From NCBI GenBank assembly GCA_963708075.1, contig OY970194.1:3712001-3776000 (forward strand): a stretch of DNA of 64,000 nt. Direction: 5' to 3'. Shown here piece after piece: positions 18,242-28,674 of this stretch (positions are counted from its first letter, which is position 1; every line of letters begins with the position of its first letter). The notes below the pieces were generated by a model. The model worked only from the letters and a program-made list of their open reading frames with translations, was not told where the DNA came from and did not search any database. The position numbers and the translations under genes were made by a program. The stretch comes from Sedimentisphaerales bacterium. GTDB lineage: Bacteria > Planctomycetota > Phycisphaerae > Sedimentisphaerales > Anaerobacaceae.

Positions 18242-21200
18242 ATGAGAACAGGTTGGTGGCTTGTCCTGCTATTTGCGACGCTGGCTGTCGGCGCGGAAAT
18301 GGAACCCTTGCTGGTCATCGAGCCGGGCCCGGGAAATCCGCGTAATTCCGAAGGGGACATCGTCGAGCTCAAGGATGGGCGGCTATGCCTGATCTACAGC
18401 CGCTTCACTGGCGGGGGCGGCGATGACGCCGCGGCGGATCTGGCCATGCGAATCTCCCAGGATCAGGGCAAGACCTGGAGCGATGACAGAATCATCGTCC
18501 CTCGCGCCGACGGGCTGAACGTCATGTCCGTGTCGCTTCTTCGTCTGACCGGCGGCGAAATTGCCCTGTTCTACCTGCGCAAGACCTCGAAAGAGGATTG
18601 CCGGCCGATGATTTGCCTTTCGACCGACGAGACCCAGACTTGGAGCGAGCCGGCCGTCTGCATCACGGATGAAGTGGGTTACTATGTTCTGAACAACGAT
18701 CGCGCCGTCCAGTTGCGCAGCGGCCGGCTGATCCTGCCCGTGGCCTGGCATCAAGGCCCGGGCCGCGAGCGGGACACAGCCGGCGTGATCATGTGCTACC
18801 TCTCCGATGACAACGGCAAGACCTGGCGGCGCAGCAAGGACTCGTTCAAAGGCTACTCCCCCGATGGAAAGCGTATTATCGTGCAGGAGCCGGGTGTGGT
18901 CGAGCTCAAGGACGGACGATTGATGATGTACATGCGGACCAACGCGGGCAGTCAGTACGTCTGTCACTCGGCCGATGGCGCCGAGACCTGGTCCAAACCG
19001 GGGCCGTCGAGTCTGGCCTCGCCTTTGAGTCCCGCGTCCATCGAGCGCATTCCGTGGACAGGCGACCTGCTCTGCGTGTGGAACGATCATTCCGGCGTGC
19101 ACCCATTTCCCGCCGGCCGTAGGACGCCGCTGTGCATGGCGATCAGCAAAGACGAAGGCAAGACCTGGAGCCAATCGAAGATCCTTGAGGATAATCCTGA
19201 TGGCTGGTACTGCTACACAGCGATCACGTTCGTAAAGGACCACGTACTCCTGGCCTACTGTGCCGGCGACAAGACGATCGGCGGCCTGAATCGACTCAAG
19301 GTCGCCGCTATGTCCAAAGACTCGCTCACTTCAGTACACGCACCTGACATCCTGTGCGGTTGGGAGTTCGATTCCGAGCAGGATGTGCAGGTCTGGCGGC
19401 CGAACGCACATTTGGCAAATGTGACGACGACCAACGGCGTCGTGCAAGCGCGGGCGGTGGACTCGGACCCGTTTCTCCTCTGTCGTGACGTCACCGTCAA
19501 CGCCACGCCGCACCAGTACGTCGTCATCAGGATGAAAGCAAGCCAGCCAGGCATCGCGGAACTGTTCTGGTCGGGCCGGCTTGAAGGCCAGTATGGCGGG
19601 TTGACTGAGGCAAAGAAGCTGCGATTCTCCGTGCAAGGCGAATCTCGCTGGCAGGAGATCGTGCTGTTTCCCTTCTGGCATATGGAGGGAACAATCCGTC
19701 AGTTTCGCCTGGACCTGTATGAGGGCGCGGACTTCGAGATCGACTGGATTCACATCAGTCAATGGGGCGAGGGCAAGATCGAGAGCAGCACTGGCTCATG
19801 GAGCTTCGACGGGGACGCGAGCAAGTGGCAAATCCACCCGGCGGCATCCGAGCTCTTCGCCCCGCCGATGGAGCTGGATGTGAGCGACAAGAAATGGGTC
19901 AGTCTTGAACTCGCCGGCGACCGAGACGCCGTGGCCAGTATTCTGTGGGCCGGCGCAGACCTGCCGGGCTTACAGAGCGAGGAGTTCACTATCCGCGGCG
20001 ATGGTAAGGTACACATGTACAATCTTCGGATGGACAATCCCCGCACCTGGCAGCACAAGCTTTGCGCCTTTGGCATTCGATTGCCCGAGGACGCGAAGAT
20101 CCGGCTCCAGCGTATCCAAATCGGCAGTGACCCGGCAGGACCGGGTGAACTGGAAGTCAAGTACTTCGGTTTTGAGAACGGCGTGAATCGCGCGGGCAGG
20201 CCATGCAGGGTGCTCGCCCAGCTCGCCGGCAGCGGCGGTACAACCAATGGGATTCGCCAAGTCCAACTGCACGCTCCCGAGGGACTGAAAATCATTTCCG
20301 AGCCGGAGAAAATGGGACACCCGGGCATCAAGCATGGTGAGGTCGCACGTTTTGTCTGGGAGGTCATGGCCGAGAAGCCGGGCGTCTATCCGGTCCGTCT
20401 TTCGTTCAGCGGCAAAGGGGAGTTCCCACAGGATCAGAGTGCTTCCCTGGAATTCACGGCAGCCCCGGCGGTTCCCCGGGCAAGGTACGTTCCTGAACCC
20501 CGGCCTGTGAAGACGGATATCGAGGTATGTGCCTTCTACTTTCCCGGCTGGGAATCCGACGCCAAGTGGGACTGCATTCGTGGGATCGCGCCGAACCGCA
20601 AGCCCCTGCTCGGCTATTACGATGAGTCGAATCCCGAATGTGTCGATTGGCAGATCAAGTGGGCCGTCGAGAATGGCATCTCGTGCTTCCTCGTGGATTG
20701 GTACTGGGTCCAAGGGCGCCAGCAGCTCACCCACTGGTTCGAAGCGTATCGCAAGGCGAAGTACCGGGATATGCTGAGAGTGGCTATCATGTGGGCCAAC
20801 CATAACCCGCCCGGGACGCACTCTGTCGACGACTGGCTTCAGATCACAGGCCATTGGATCACCGCGTACTTTCCCCTGCCTGGCTACTATCGCATCGATG
20901 GTAAGCCCGCCGTCTTCCTCTGGGACCCCAAAGGCCTCCGCACCGACCTCGGCGGCTCTAAGGCGGTGCGCGAGGCTTTTGAGAAGTCGCAGAAGATGGC
21001 TCGCGATGCGGGTTTCGGGGGAATCACCCCGGTCGCCCTTGGCTATGACTTCTCCCGAAGCCACATCCGTACGTTGAAGGACGAAGGTTACTCCGGCGTC
21101 ACGACTTACCACGAGTGGGGATCGCAAATTGACGGACAGGTGAGCCGGAAGCTCTTTCGCTATGAAGACGTCGTGCGGGACAGCCCTGATGCCTGGAAGC

Positions 21201-21574
21201 AGAAGAACGAGGCAGCCGATGGTCTCATGTACTATCCCCTAGTCGATACCGGCTGGGATAGTCGGCCCTGGCATGGGCACAAGGCCATGGTGGTTCAAGG
21301 ACGGACACCGAAGCTGTTCGAGGAGCTTCTTCAACAGGCCAGATCGTTCTGCGGGCAGCATAACAAAACGATGGTCATCCTCGGCCCCCTCAATGAATGG
21401 GGAGAGGGCAGCTACATCGAGCCGTGTACAGAATTCGGCTTCGAGATGATGGAGGCTGTACGAAGCGCCTTCGCGGCAGAGCCTGCCGGTAACTGGCCGG
21501 TCAATATCGCTCCGGCGGACGTGGGCCTCGGTCCCTATGACTTCCCGCCGTCACCTGTACCAGTCGATCCATGA
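18242..21574 (+). CDS. Multidomain secreted protein: BNR/sialidase-like beta-propeller, accessory domains, GH99-like/WbsX-like domain
   Basis: Asp-boxes [41 protein letters not shown]-terminal [28 protein letters not shown]. Confidence 0.82.
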   Translation: MRTGWWLVLLFATLAVGAEMEPLLVIEPGPGNPRNSEGDIVELKDGRLCLIYSRFTGGGGDDAAADLAMRISQDQGKTWSDDRIIVPRADGLNVMSVSLLRLTGGEIALFYLRKTSKEDCRPMICLSTDETQTWSEPAVCITDEVGYYVLNNDRAVQLRSGRLILPVAWHQGPGRERDTAGVIMCYLSDDNGKTWRRSKDSFKGYSPDGKRIIVQEPGVVELKDGRLMMYMRTNAGSQYVCHSADGAETWSKPGPSSLASPLSPASIERIPWTGDLLCVWNDHSGVHPFPAGRRTPLCMAISKDEGKTWSQSKILEDNPDGWYCYTAITFVKDHVLLAYCAGDKTIGGLNRLKVAAMSKDSLTSVHAPDILCGWEFDSEQDVQVWRPNAHLANVTTTNGVVQARAVDSDPFLLCRDVTVNATPHQYVVIRMKASQPGIAELFWSGRLEGQYGGLTEAKKLRFSVQGESRWQEIVLFPFWHMEGTIRQFRLDLYEGADFEIDWIHISQWGEGKIESSTGSWSFDGDASKWQIHPAASELFAPPMELDVSDKKWVSLELAGDRDAVASILWAGADLPGLQSEEFTIRGDGKVHMYNLRMDNPRTWQHKLCAFGIRLPEDAKIRLQRIQIGSDPAGPGELEVKYFGFENGVNRAGRPCRVLAQLAGSGGTTNGIRQVQLHAPEGLKIISEPEKMGHPGIKHGEVARFVWEVMAEKPGVYPVRLSFSGKGEFPQDQSASLEFTAAPAVPRARYVPEPRPVKTDIEVCAFYFPGWESDAKWDCIRGIAPNRKPLLGYYDESNPECVDWQIKWAVENGISCFLVDWYWVQGRQQLTHWFEAYRKAKYRDMLRVAIMWANHNPPGTHSVDDWLQITGHWITAYFPLPGYYRIDGKPAVFLWDPKGLRTDLGGSKAVREAFEKSQKMARDAGFGGITPVALGYDFSRSHIRTLKDEGYSGVTTYHEWGSQIDGQVSRKLFRYEDVVRDSPDAWKQKNEAADGLMYYPLVDTGWDSRPWHGHKAMVVQGRTPKLFEELLQQARSFCGQHNKTMVILGPLNEWGEGSYIEPCTEFGFEMMEAVRSAFAAEPAGNWPVNIAPADVGLGPYDFPPSPVPVDP

Positions 21575-22786
21575 GATGGTGCATTCGGCCCGCAGCAGTT
21601 CGATGGCCTTCGGCAGAAACGTGACGCGCACTTCGTCGCCGATGATTTCAAATCTCAGATACGCATCGGTCTTGATCGTCGGCACGGCCACCCATTCCTC
21701 GGAGCAGCCGATCTTTCTGAAGTACGTCATACTGACATCGGGATTGAATGGCTCGCCGCTCAGCTTCGCATAAGGACCGATCAGCGTGAGATTCTCCAGC
21801 ATCGGCGGCATCTCGGGCGAAGTCTGAATCGCCAGGATAAGTTCGCACAGCGGCCTGTCCGCCTTCACACGTAGTTTCACGGAGGCGATGTCCCCAGCGA
21901 TGTGATAGCCAGGCAGGTTCGGATCGTATCCTTCATGCCCCTGCGACCACGATGCTTTTTTGCCAAGAGTCAATTCGAAGGGTTCCCCATTGACATCTTC
22001 GATACATGAACAGGGCTCCCAGCCGGCGATGCGGGCCATGAGATACCAGAATGCCGATGCCACGCGGACCCGTCCGGTCGGATTCAGATGCCCGGCATGA
22101 ATCTCCTTCGTGTAATTGGCACTGATGATTTCGTTGCCGCTCGCGTTCATCAATTTCGTGCCATCGGCCTCGTGGCATTCGATGTCCGCGACATCGAAGA
22201 GGACCTTGCCATGTGCAGCGCAGTAGGAGCGCATCTGCGCGTTGAACGAGTCCGTCCCGGCTTGGCCGTCTCGCGTGAGCGGGATGGTCCACCAGACGAA
22301 TACCTTGCCGGGATAGTCCACCTCCAGCTTCTCCATCCGGCTGCGAAAGTACTCCCAATCCGGATGGCTATCGCCGAGGGCATCGATGTAGCAGAACTTC
22401 ATCATGAAGACGTCGAAGTCATCCAGCCGGGTGGCTGTCTGCGTCACCAGGTCGTCTATCTTATCCCGCCAGTTGCCCATGCGGGCCTCGAAGACCCAGT
22501 TGTTTGGATCATACTTGCCCGCGGGAAGACAGGAACAGGCCGAATTCGTTGGATGTTCGCCCGCGAGGCAGTCCAGGCCCCAGATAATACCCTGCCCCAC
22601 CGACGCATGCCTCACCAGGACCCGCAGCGATGCCGCAGGCGGTAAGTTACTGTCGGGGATAGCGAACACATCCACGCAATTGTGATCGATGATGATGGCG
22701 CCGGTCCCGGAACCAGCCACAGAGGCCACGAATAGGAACACCAGGGCCATGGCTTCGAGCCAGATATTGTTCGTCGCTCTTCGCAT
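21551..22786 (-). CDS. Hypothetical secreted protein, possible SGNH-like N-terminal domain
   Basis: Signal peptide; HASVG, MKFCYID, FDVADIE, GHLN motifs; unrelated C-terminal domain. Confidence 0.6.
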   Translation of the reverse strand: MRRATNNIWLEAMALVFLFVASVAGSGTGAIIIDHNCVDVFAIPDSNLPPAASLRVLVRHASVGQGIIWGLDCLAGEHPTNSACSCLPAGKYDPNNWVFEARMGNWRDKIDDLVTQTATRLDDFDVFMMKFCYIDALGDSHPDWEYFRSRMEKLEVDYPGKVFVWWTIPLTRDGQAGTDSFNAQMRSYCAAHGKVLFDVADIECHEADGTKLMNASGNEIISANYTKEIHAGHLNPTGRVRVASAFWYLMARIAGWEPCSCIEDVNGEPFELTLGKKASWSQGHEGYDPNLPGYHIAGDIASVKLRVKADRPLCELILAIQTSPEMPPMLENLTLIGPYAKLSGEPFNPDVSMTYFRKIGCSEEWVAVPTIKTDAYLRFEIIGDEVRVTFLPKAIELLRAECTISWIDWYR

Positions 22787-22951
22787 GCCATCCTCCATCA
22801 TTCAGGGATATCGATCAATCCATCATAGCATAAATGCCCTACGAATGCTACAGAGCAAGACACAACACGTCGCGGATGGGCCATTGTGACCTGCGGCGTC
22901 GAAGGCTATATTAGCCGGAGCCCGAAATCGGTTGTTCCGGAGATTGACGCC

Positions 22952-24799
22952 ATGAAGAGGAATGTCTGCCGCAGCATCTTGTGCCACATCCTTCCGATAG
23001 CGATTCTGAACGCGATCTGTATTGCCGCCCAGCCGGCCACGTCGCCGGAAGGCATCCCAGCCCACCAGGAAAAACAAATCCGTGCCGCAGTGCCGGACAA
23101 GGCCCGTGTCGTGCCTGCGAAGCCGCGGCGGGTCCTGATCTGGAGCACACCATCACACCTCGCGGACAAGGACCCTCATAAGGGCTACTGCGTACCTTAC
23201 GGGGCTTGTGCGATGCGGATACTCGGCGAGAAGACCGGTGCCTTCGAGCCGGTGCTCAGTGGGGACATCGCTCAATTCCTTCCGGAGAACATCCGCCAAT
23301 TCGACGCCATCGTGATGAATAATAGCTGCGGCTCGTGGATCACGCCAAGTGACGCAGCGATGGAGAAACTGAAGAGCCACGGCGAGACGAAGGAAGCCGT
23401 GGAAAGAGTGCTCCGCCAGAGCCTGCTCGATTATGTCTCCGATGGCGGCGGGATCGTCGCGTATCACTATGCCATCGGCGCCAATGCCCATTGGCCCGAG
23501 TTCCGCCGGCTTCTCGGGGCCACGTTCATCGGCCACCCGTGGAACGAGGACGTGGCCGTGCTGGTCGAGGAGCCGGACCATCCGCTCCTTGCCACGTTCG
23601 GCGGCAAGGACTTCCGAATCGCCGACGAGATCTTCCACTTCGGGCCACCCTACGACCGCAGGGACCTGCGTGTCCTCCTTTCGCTCGATACCGAGCGCAC
23701 GAACATGGGCGTCAAGTGGATTGAGCGCGAGGACAACGACTTCGCTCAGGCGTGGGTGAAGTCCGTCGGCAAAGGCCGCGTCTTCTACACAGGCTTCGGC
23801 CACAGGACCGAGATCTGGTGGAACCCGACGATTCTCCAGTTCTACCTCGACGCGATTCAGTTCGCTGTGGGAGACCTGAAAGCACCCATGGAGCCACGCA
23901 ACTCTCAGCCGGTCCATCGCGCGCCAGGCCCTACTCCGCCGGAGGCGCGAGCGGCCAGGATGCAGGCTCGCCAGGTCGCCACGCCGAGCGAAGAACAGAT
24001 TCGAGACATCGAAGCGGCAGCGCCGCAAACCGCCCCGGCCAAGCCCACCAAGCCCCGCAAGGTGCTCGTCTGGGGACACCCCTGGACTCACACGCCGAAC
24101 CCGTTTGCAGAGAAGACCTTACAGGCCCTCGGCAAAAAGACTGGAGCATTCCAAGCCACTATTAGCGACGATCCAAGGCTCCTGCTGGGCGACCGCCTGC
24201 CGAAGTTCGATGCGCTCGCGCTCAACAACATTCATGAGCCGCAGCCCTTCCTGCCGGAGGGGTTCAACAAGCTCGATCCCGAGCAGCAGAAGGCGGCGAA
24301 GCAATTCGACCGGGCCGTCAAGGAGAGCATTATCGAGTACGTCCGCAGCGGCAAGGGCCTTGTCGGCATCCACGCCGCCACGGCAGCATTCCAAGACTGG
24401 CCCGAGTACGGCCCATTGATGGGCGGCCTCTACGAGAGCCACATCCTGCAGGAAGTGACGATCAAGCTCGACGACCCGGCCCACCCCGTCAATGCCTGCT
24501 TCGAGAACAAGCCCTTCACGATCCGCGACGAGGTGTACATCTTTCGCGCGTACGCCCGTAGCAACTTGCGCGTCCTTGCCAGTCTCGATCTGAGCCGAAT
24601 GGCAGACCCGGGCAAGCGTCCCGACAAGGACTACGCCGTCTCCTGGGTCCGGGCGGAAGGTCAGGGCCGGGTCTTCTACACCACTCTCGGCCACGAGCCG
24701 GAGGTCTACTGGAACCCCGTCTTCCTGCAACACCTGCTCGCCGGTATCCAATTCGCCCTCGGCGACCTCGCTGGAGAAACGGCCCCGATTGACAAGTGA
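22952..24799 (+). CDS. Protein with two tandem ThuA-like (trehalose utilisation, GATase-fold) domains
   Basis: Internal duplication: P.KPR.VL, G.GRVFY..(F/L)GH, IQFA(V/L)GDL in both halves. Confidence 0.88.
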   Translation: MKRNVCRSILCHILPIAILNAICIAAQPATSPEGIPAHQEKQIRAAVPDKARVVPAKPRRVLIWSTPSHLADKDPHKGYCVPYGACAMRILGEKTGAFEPVLSGDIAQFLPENIRQFDAIVMNNSCGSWITPSDAAMEKLKSHGETKEAVERVLRQSLLDYVSDGGGIVAYHYAIGANAHWPEFRRLLGATFIGHPWNEDVAVLVEEPDHPLLATFGGKDFRIADEIFHFGPPYDRRDLRVLLSLDTERTNMGVKWIEREDNDFAQAWVKSVGKGRVFYTGFGHRTEIWWNPTILQFYLDAIQFAVGDLKAPMEPRNSQPVHRAPGPTPPEARAARMQARQVATPSEEQIRDIEAAAPQTAPAKPTKPRKVLVWGHPWTHTPNPFAEKTLQALGKKTGAFQATISDDPRLLLGDRLPKFDALALNNIHEPQPFLPEGFNKLDPEQQKAAKQFDRAVKESIIEYVRSGKGLVGIHAATAAFQDWPEYGPLMGGLYESHILQEVTIKLDDPAHPVNACFENKPFTIRDEVYIFRAYARSNLRVLASLDLSRMADPGKRPDKDYAVSWVRAEGQGRVFYTTLGHEPEVYWNPVFLQHLLAGIQFALGDLAGETAPIDK

Positions 24800-24995
24800 A
24801 TCCCGGCCGTACAATCGTGAAATGCAGCCTTTTCGCTGTTGCGCAAGACGGTATTCGTAGCCTGCCCGTACATCTTCAGGAAAATCCCCGGCGTTTTTTC
24901 GTGGTGTATGCCGGACTATAGCCTCGCCTGCTGCGTACCGTACGCGTGAGCTACGGCGATGTAGCTGGTACTTCTGCACGATCAAGGATATACGA

Positions 24996-25535
24996 ATGCG
25001 GCGACACTGGTTTCGGGGACGGTGGTCTGACAGGGTCAGGCAGCTCACACACGGCGAACTGGCTCACAAAGCGTTCTGGATCGGCATCATTTTCAAGACG
25101 GTCAATGCCGTCCTGGAAGTAGCGGGCGGTATCGTTCTGCTCAGTATCAGCAGGCAATCAATTGTGAATCTTGTGTACACGATTTTCCAGCACGAGCTGA
25201 TCCAGGACCCAAACGATATGCTTGCGAATTTCCTGCTCCGCGAGGCGGAGGACCTTTCCGCCGGCATGAAGCTGTTCGCGATCATCTACCTCTTGACTCA
25301 CGGACTGATCAAGCTGGTCCTGGTGGGGGCGATCTGGCAAAGCAGGCTCTGGGCCTATCCGCTGGCGGGCGTCGTCTTCTCCCTTTTTGTCATCTACCAG
25401 ATGTATCGTTTTGTGAATACCTACTCGATTGTCATGCTGCTGTTGACGATCATCGATTTGATCATCATCGCCCTGCTGTTTCCTGAATACGACCGCGTGA
25501 AAGAGGAAATCGCGCACCGTAACGGGCACACTTGA
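24996..25535 (+). CDS. DUF2127-like membrane protein
   Basis: IFKTVNAVLEVAGG, HELIQDPND, YLLTHGLIKLVLV, WAYP. Confidence 0.8.
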   Translation: MRRHWFRGRWSDRVRQLTHGELAHKAFWIGIIFKTVNAVLEVAGGIVLLSISRQSIVNLVYTIFQHELIQDPNDMLANFLLREAEDLSAGMKLFAIIYLLTHGLIKLVLVGAIWQSRLWAYPLAGVVFSLFVIYQMYRFVNTYSIVMLLLTIIDLIIIALLFPEYDRVKEEIAHRNGHT

Positions 25536-25559
25536 TGGCACACCCGGGCCTGCAACCGC

Positions 25560-27017
25560 TTAGTTCGCCAGGCCGAAGAGGTTTAGGCTGAGGCTGTTGA
25601 GGAATCCCCAGCCGATGAAGAGAACCAGCAGGCCTGCGGCACAGACGGTCAGCACAACGGCAGTGAAGCCGGGGACACACACCGGGACCAAGTCACTTTC
25701 ATTGAAGTACATCGCTCGCGCAATGCGCATGTAGTAGAAGAGGCTGAATAGAGTATTCGCCAGGACGGCAGCCACCAGGAAAGTGAGATGATGCTGCCAG
25801 AGGGCGGACAGCAGAATCCACTTGACGGCGAAACCGGCCAGCGGCGGCAGACCCACCAGGGAGAACAGGAAGAACGCCATGACGGCGGCGAGCCGAGGAT
25901 TGCGGCTGCCCAAGCCCGTGAAATTCTCGATGCGATCCGTGCCGCTTTGTGTTTCCACGAGGCCCGTCACGCTGAACGCTCCAAGGTTCATCAGCAGGTA
26001 CACCAAGACGTAAGCCACGATGGCGGCCATGCCGGCGGCAGTGGAGAAGACCAGGACGCCGCAGACGATGTAGCCCGCGTGGGCGATGGAGGAGTAGGCC
26101 AGCAGTCGCTTGACGCTGGTCTGCCAATATGCGGAGAGATTCGCCAAGGTCATCGTGACCACCGCGACGGCGGACACAGCGAGGACCATGCGGTTCTGCA
26201 TATCCGTCGTGAGGGAAGGCAGCAGAAGATGGACGAACCGGGCGAGCGCGAGCAGAGCGGCCGATTTCGACGCGACGCTCAGCCACGCCGCTACGTCGGC
26301 CCCGGCGGCCTCGAAGGCATCCGGGCACCAGAAGTGCATCGGAACCAGCGAAATCTTGAAGGCCAGGCCGATGAACATGCAGACCAGGGCGGCTACCGCC
26401 AGCGCGGAGACGCCGTTTGCCGCCAGTTGTTTGGCGATCTGGTCCCACTGGAAGCTGCCCGTCACGCCGTAAAGCAGCGAGATACCGTAGATCATGAGGG
26501 CGGAGCAGACCGCGCCGAAGATGACATACTTGGCGGCGCCCTCTGCGGATTTCTTATTGAAGCGACGAAAGCCCACAAGGACATAAGACGGCAGCGAGGC
26601 CATTTCAAAAGCGATTGCAAAGAAGAGCAGGTGCCGCGAGGAGGCCAGCAGAATCATCCCGATCAGGCTGCCTACGAGCATGCACAGGAACACCGGCCAC
26701 TCCCAGACGGGCTTACGCCACAGAGAAGCGGCCAGAAGCAGAACGCCGAAGAGAAAGGCGCTCAAGAAGATGATCACGAACCGATACAGCGGATCAAAGA
26801 ACAAGTAGCTGGACAACCAACCGCCCGCTTGCGGATTCAGCCGCGAGGCGGACACTATCGCGACGCCCAAGCCAGCCAGCGCCACTACCAGCAGGCCGCG
26901 ACGCCCGGACGTCTTTCGGCCAAGCATGGCGCCAATGAGGATCGCGCCCAGAGTGCCGATCAGGGCCAGCACGGGCCAGATATTGCGAAGACTCTCAATC
27001 GTCAATCCATCCGTCAA
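25560..27017 (-). CDS. nuoN: Complex I-like subunit N
   Basis: FEMASLPSYVLVG, EGAAKY, FKISLVPMHFWCPD, KRLLAYSSIAHAGY, SLVGLPPLAGF. Confidence 0.93.
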   Translation of the reverse strand: MTDGLTIESLRNIWPVLALIGTLGAILIGAMLGRKTSGRRGLLVVALAGLGVAIVSASRLNPQAGGWLSSYLFFDPLYRFVIIFLSAFLFGVLLLAASLWRKPVWEWPVFLCMLVGSLIGMILLASSRHLLFFAIAFEMASLPSYVLVGFRRFNKKSAEGAAKYVIFGAVCSALMIYGISLLYGVTGSFQWDQIAKQLAANGVSALAVAALVCMFIGLAFKISLVPMHFWCPDAFEAAGADVAAWLSVASKSAALLALARFVHLLLPSLTTDMQNRMVLAVSAVAVVTMTLANLSAYWQTSVKRLLAYSSIAHAGYIVCGVLVFSTAAGMAAIVAYVLVYLLMNLGAFSVTGLVETQSGTDRIENFTGLGSRNPRLAAVMAFFLFSLVGLPPLAGFAVKWILLSALWQHHLTFLVAAVLANTLFSLFYYMRIARAMYFNESDLVPVCVPGFTAVVLTVCAAGLLVLFIGWGFLNSLSLNLFGLAN

Positions 27018-27032
27018 ACGAACAACCTCCGG

Positions 27033-28580
27033 TCAGGCGACGACCAGCTTGAGGATATTATCCAGCGTACCGTGGATAAAGGTGAACACGGTTTGCCAAG
27101 GCAGGATTCCCATGGCCAGAGCCAGCACCGCCAGCGGGGCCATGACGAGCATTTCCCGCCCGGACATGTCCGGCACGTTCTCATACTCCGGCTTCGCGGC
27201 GCCGAGGAAGACCCTTTGGACGGACCAGAGGATGTAGCTGGCGGTGAGAACGATGCTTACAGCCGCGATGATCGTCAGGACCCTGGCGCCCATGGGACCG
27301 AGCACCTGGGCCTGCCAGCTGCCGAGCAGGACATAGATCTCGCCGATGAATCCGCACAAGCCGGGCAGGCCCATCGCCGCGAAGAAGCCGAGAATCGACA
27401 GGCCGGTATAGATTGGCATGCGTGTCGCCAGTCCGCCCAGCCGGGGAATATCCCGGTGATGAACACGGTCGTAAATCACGCCGACGAGAAAGAACATCGC
27501 CGCGCTGGTAATTCCATGAGAGATCATCTGGAACATTGCGCCCTGGAAGCCGGCCGGGGTCAGCAGCGCGATACCCAGCAGCACAAAGCCCATGTGCGAG
27601 ACGGAGGAGTACGCGACCAATTTCTTGAAGTCGGTCTGGGCCAGGGCACACAGTGCGCCGTACACGATATTGATCACGGCCAGGACGCCCAGGACCCAGG
27701 CCACTACTTTGACCGCACCGGCGTGCGGCAGGATCGGGTAGCTGATTCGCAGCAGCCCGTAGCCGCCCATCTTCAGCAGCAGCCCCGCCAGGATCATGCT
27801 GATCGGCGTTGGCGCCTCGACGTGGGCGTCCGGAAGCCACGTGTGGAACGGGAAGATCGGCATCTTGACCGCGAACCCGATGTACAGCATGGCAAAACAC
27901 GCGATCCACATTGCCTTATGAGTCGCGAACGCCGGCAGCACGCCGGGCGTGCTCAGGGCGATCAGGTTGAAGGTGTGAGCGCCCTGATCGTTGCTGGCGA
28001 AGAAGAACCAGAGCATGACGATCAGCATCAGGACGCTGCCGAGCAGGGTGTAGAGGAAGAACTTGATCGCGGCGTACTCCCTGCGAGGCCCGCCCCAGAT
28101 GCCGATGAGAAAGTACATCGGCAGCAGCGTCAGCTCCCAGAAGACGTAGAACAGGAAGAAGTCGAGAGCCGTGAAGACGCCGAGCATGCCGGTCTCCAGC
28201 AGCAGGAACAGGGCGAAATAGCCCCGCTGACTCTTCTGGATATTCCAACTGGCGATGCAGGCGAGCAGGCAGATCACGGTCGTCAGCACAACGAGTGGAA
28301 AGCCGATGCCGTCCACGCCGACCATGTAGTCGATGGAGAAGCCGGCGGAGTGAATCCAGGGCACGCGATGGATGAGCTTGAAACCGCTTTGATAGTCAGC
28401 GCCGAAGACCTCTGCAGACGCTCCGAGGAAATGCGGAATGACGTGGAACGACAGCAGGCATGTCACCAGTGCGGCCACTAGTGCGGTGTGCCGAATCCAT
28501 TGCCGCGGGACCAACAGGACCGCGCCCATACCGATCAGGGGCAGGAAGATGATTGCCGTGAGTAGCCAGGAATTATTCAT
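27033..28580 (-). CDS. nuoM: Complex I-like subunit M
   Basis: FYVFWEL, AAIKFFLYT, FPFHTWLPDAHVEAPT, LLLKMGGYG, AYSSVSHMG. Confidence 0.96.
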   Translation of the reverse strand: MNNSWLLTAIIFLPLIGMGAVLLVPRQWIRHTALVAALVTCLLSFHVIPHFLGASAEVFGADYQSGFKLIHRVPWIHSAGFSIDYMVGVDGIGFPLVVLTTVICLLACIASWNIQKSQRGYFALFLLLETGMLGVFTALDFFLFYVFWELTLLPMYFLIGIWGGPRREYAAIKFFLYTLLGSVLMLIVMLWFFFASNDQGAHTFNLIALSTPGVLPAFATHKAMWIACFAMLYIGFAVKMPIFPFHTWLPDAHVEAPTPISMILAGLLLKMGGYGLLRISYPILPHAGAVKVVAWVLGVLAVINIVYGALCALAQTDFKKLVAYSSVSHMGFVLLGIALLTPAGFQGAMFQMISHGITSAAMFFLVGVIYDRVHHRDIPRLGGLATRMPIYTGLSILGFFAAMGLPGLCGFIGEIYVLLGSWQAQVLGPMGARVLTIIAAVSIVLTASYILWSVQRVFLGAAKPEYENVPDMSGREMLVMAPLAVLALAMGILPWQTVFTFIHGTLDNILKLVVA

Positions 28581-28596
28581 CGAAGCCTGTTCTCCA

Positions 28597-28656
28597 AAGT
28601 TCTCAGTTGTCAGTTCCCGGTTCTCAGTTCATGCTTCACTGTCAACTGGCAACTGC
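28597..28656. repeat. Inverted pair of heptamer arrays between nuoL and nuoM
   Basis: aagttct-cagttgt-cagttcc-cggttct-cagttc ... actgtca-actggca-actgc. Confidence 0.8.
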
Positions 28657-28674
28657 TCGCCGTGAACTGACCAA

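Noticed and set aside
17861..18372. Long head-to-head overlap between the ADH ORF and the 1237-aa ORF
   Set aside because: Artefact of maximal ORF calling; plausible starts at 18111 (-) and 18242 (+) leave a normal divergent intergenic gap.
21644..21661. atttcaaatctcagat in the hypothetical gene as another coding heptamer array
   Set aside because: Only about two units; could arise by chance from YLRFEI codons.
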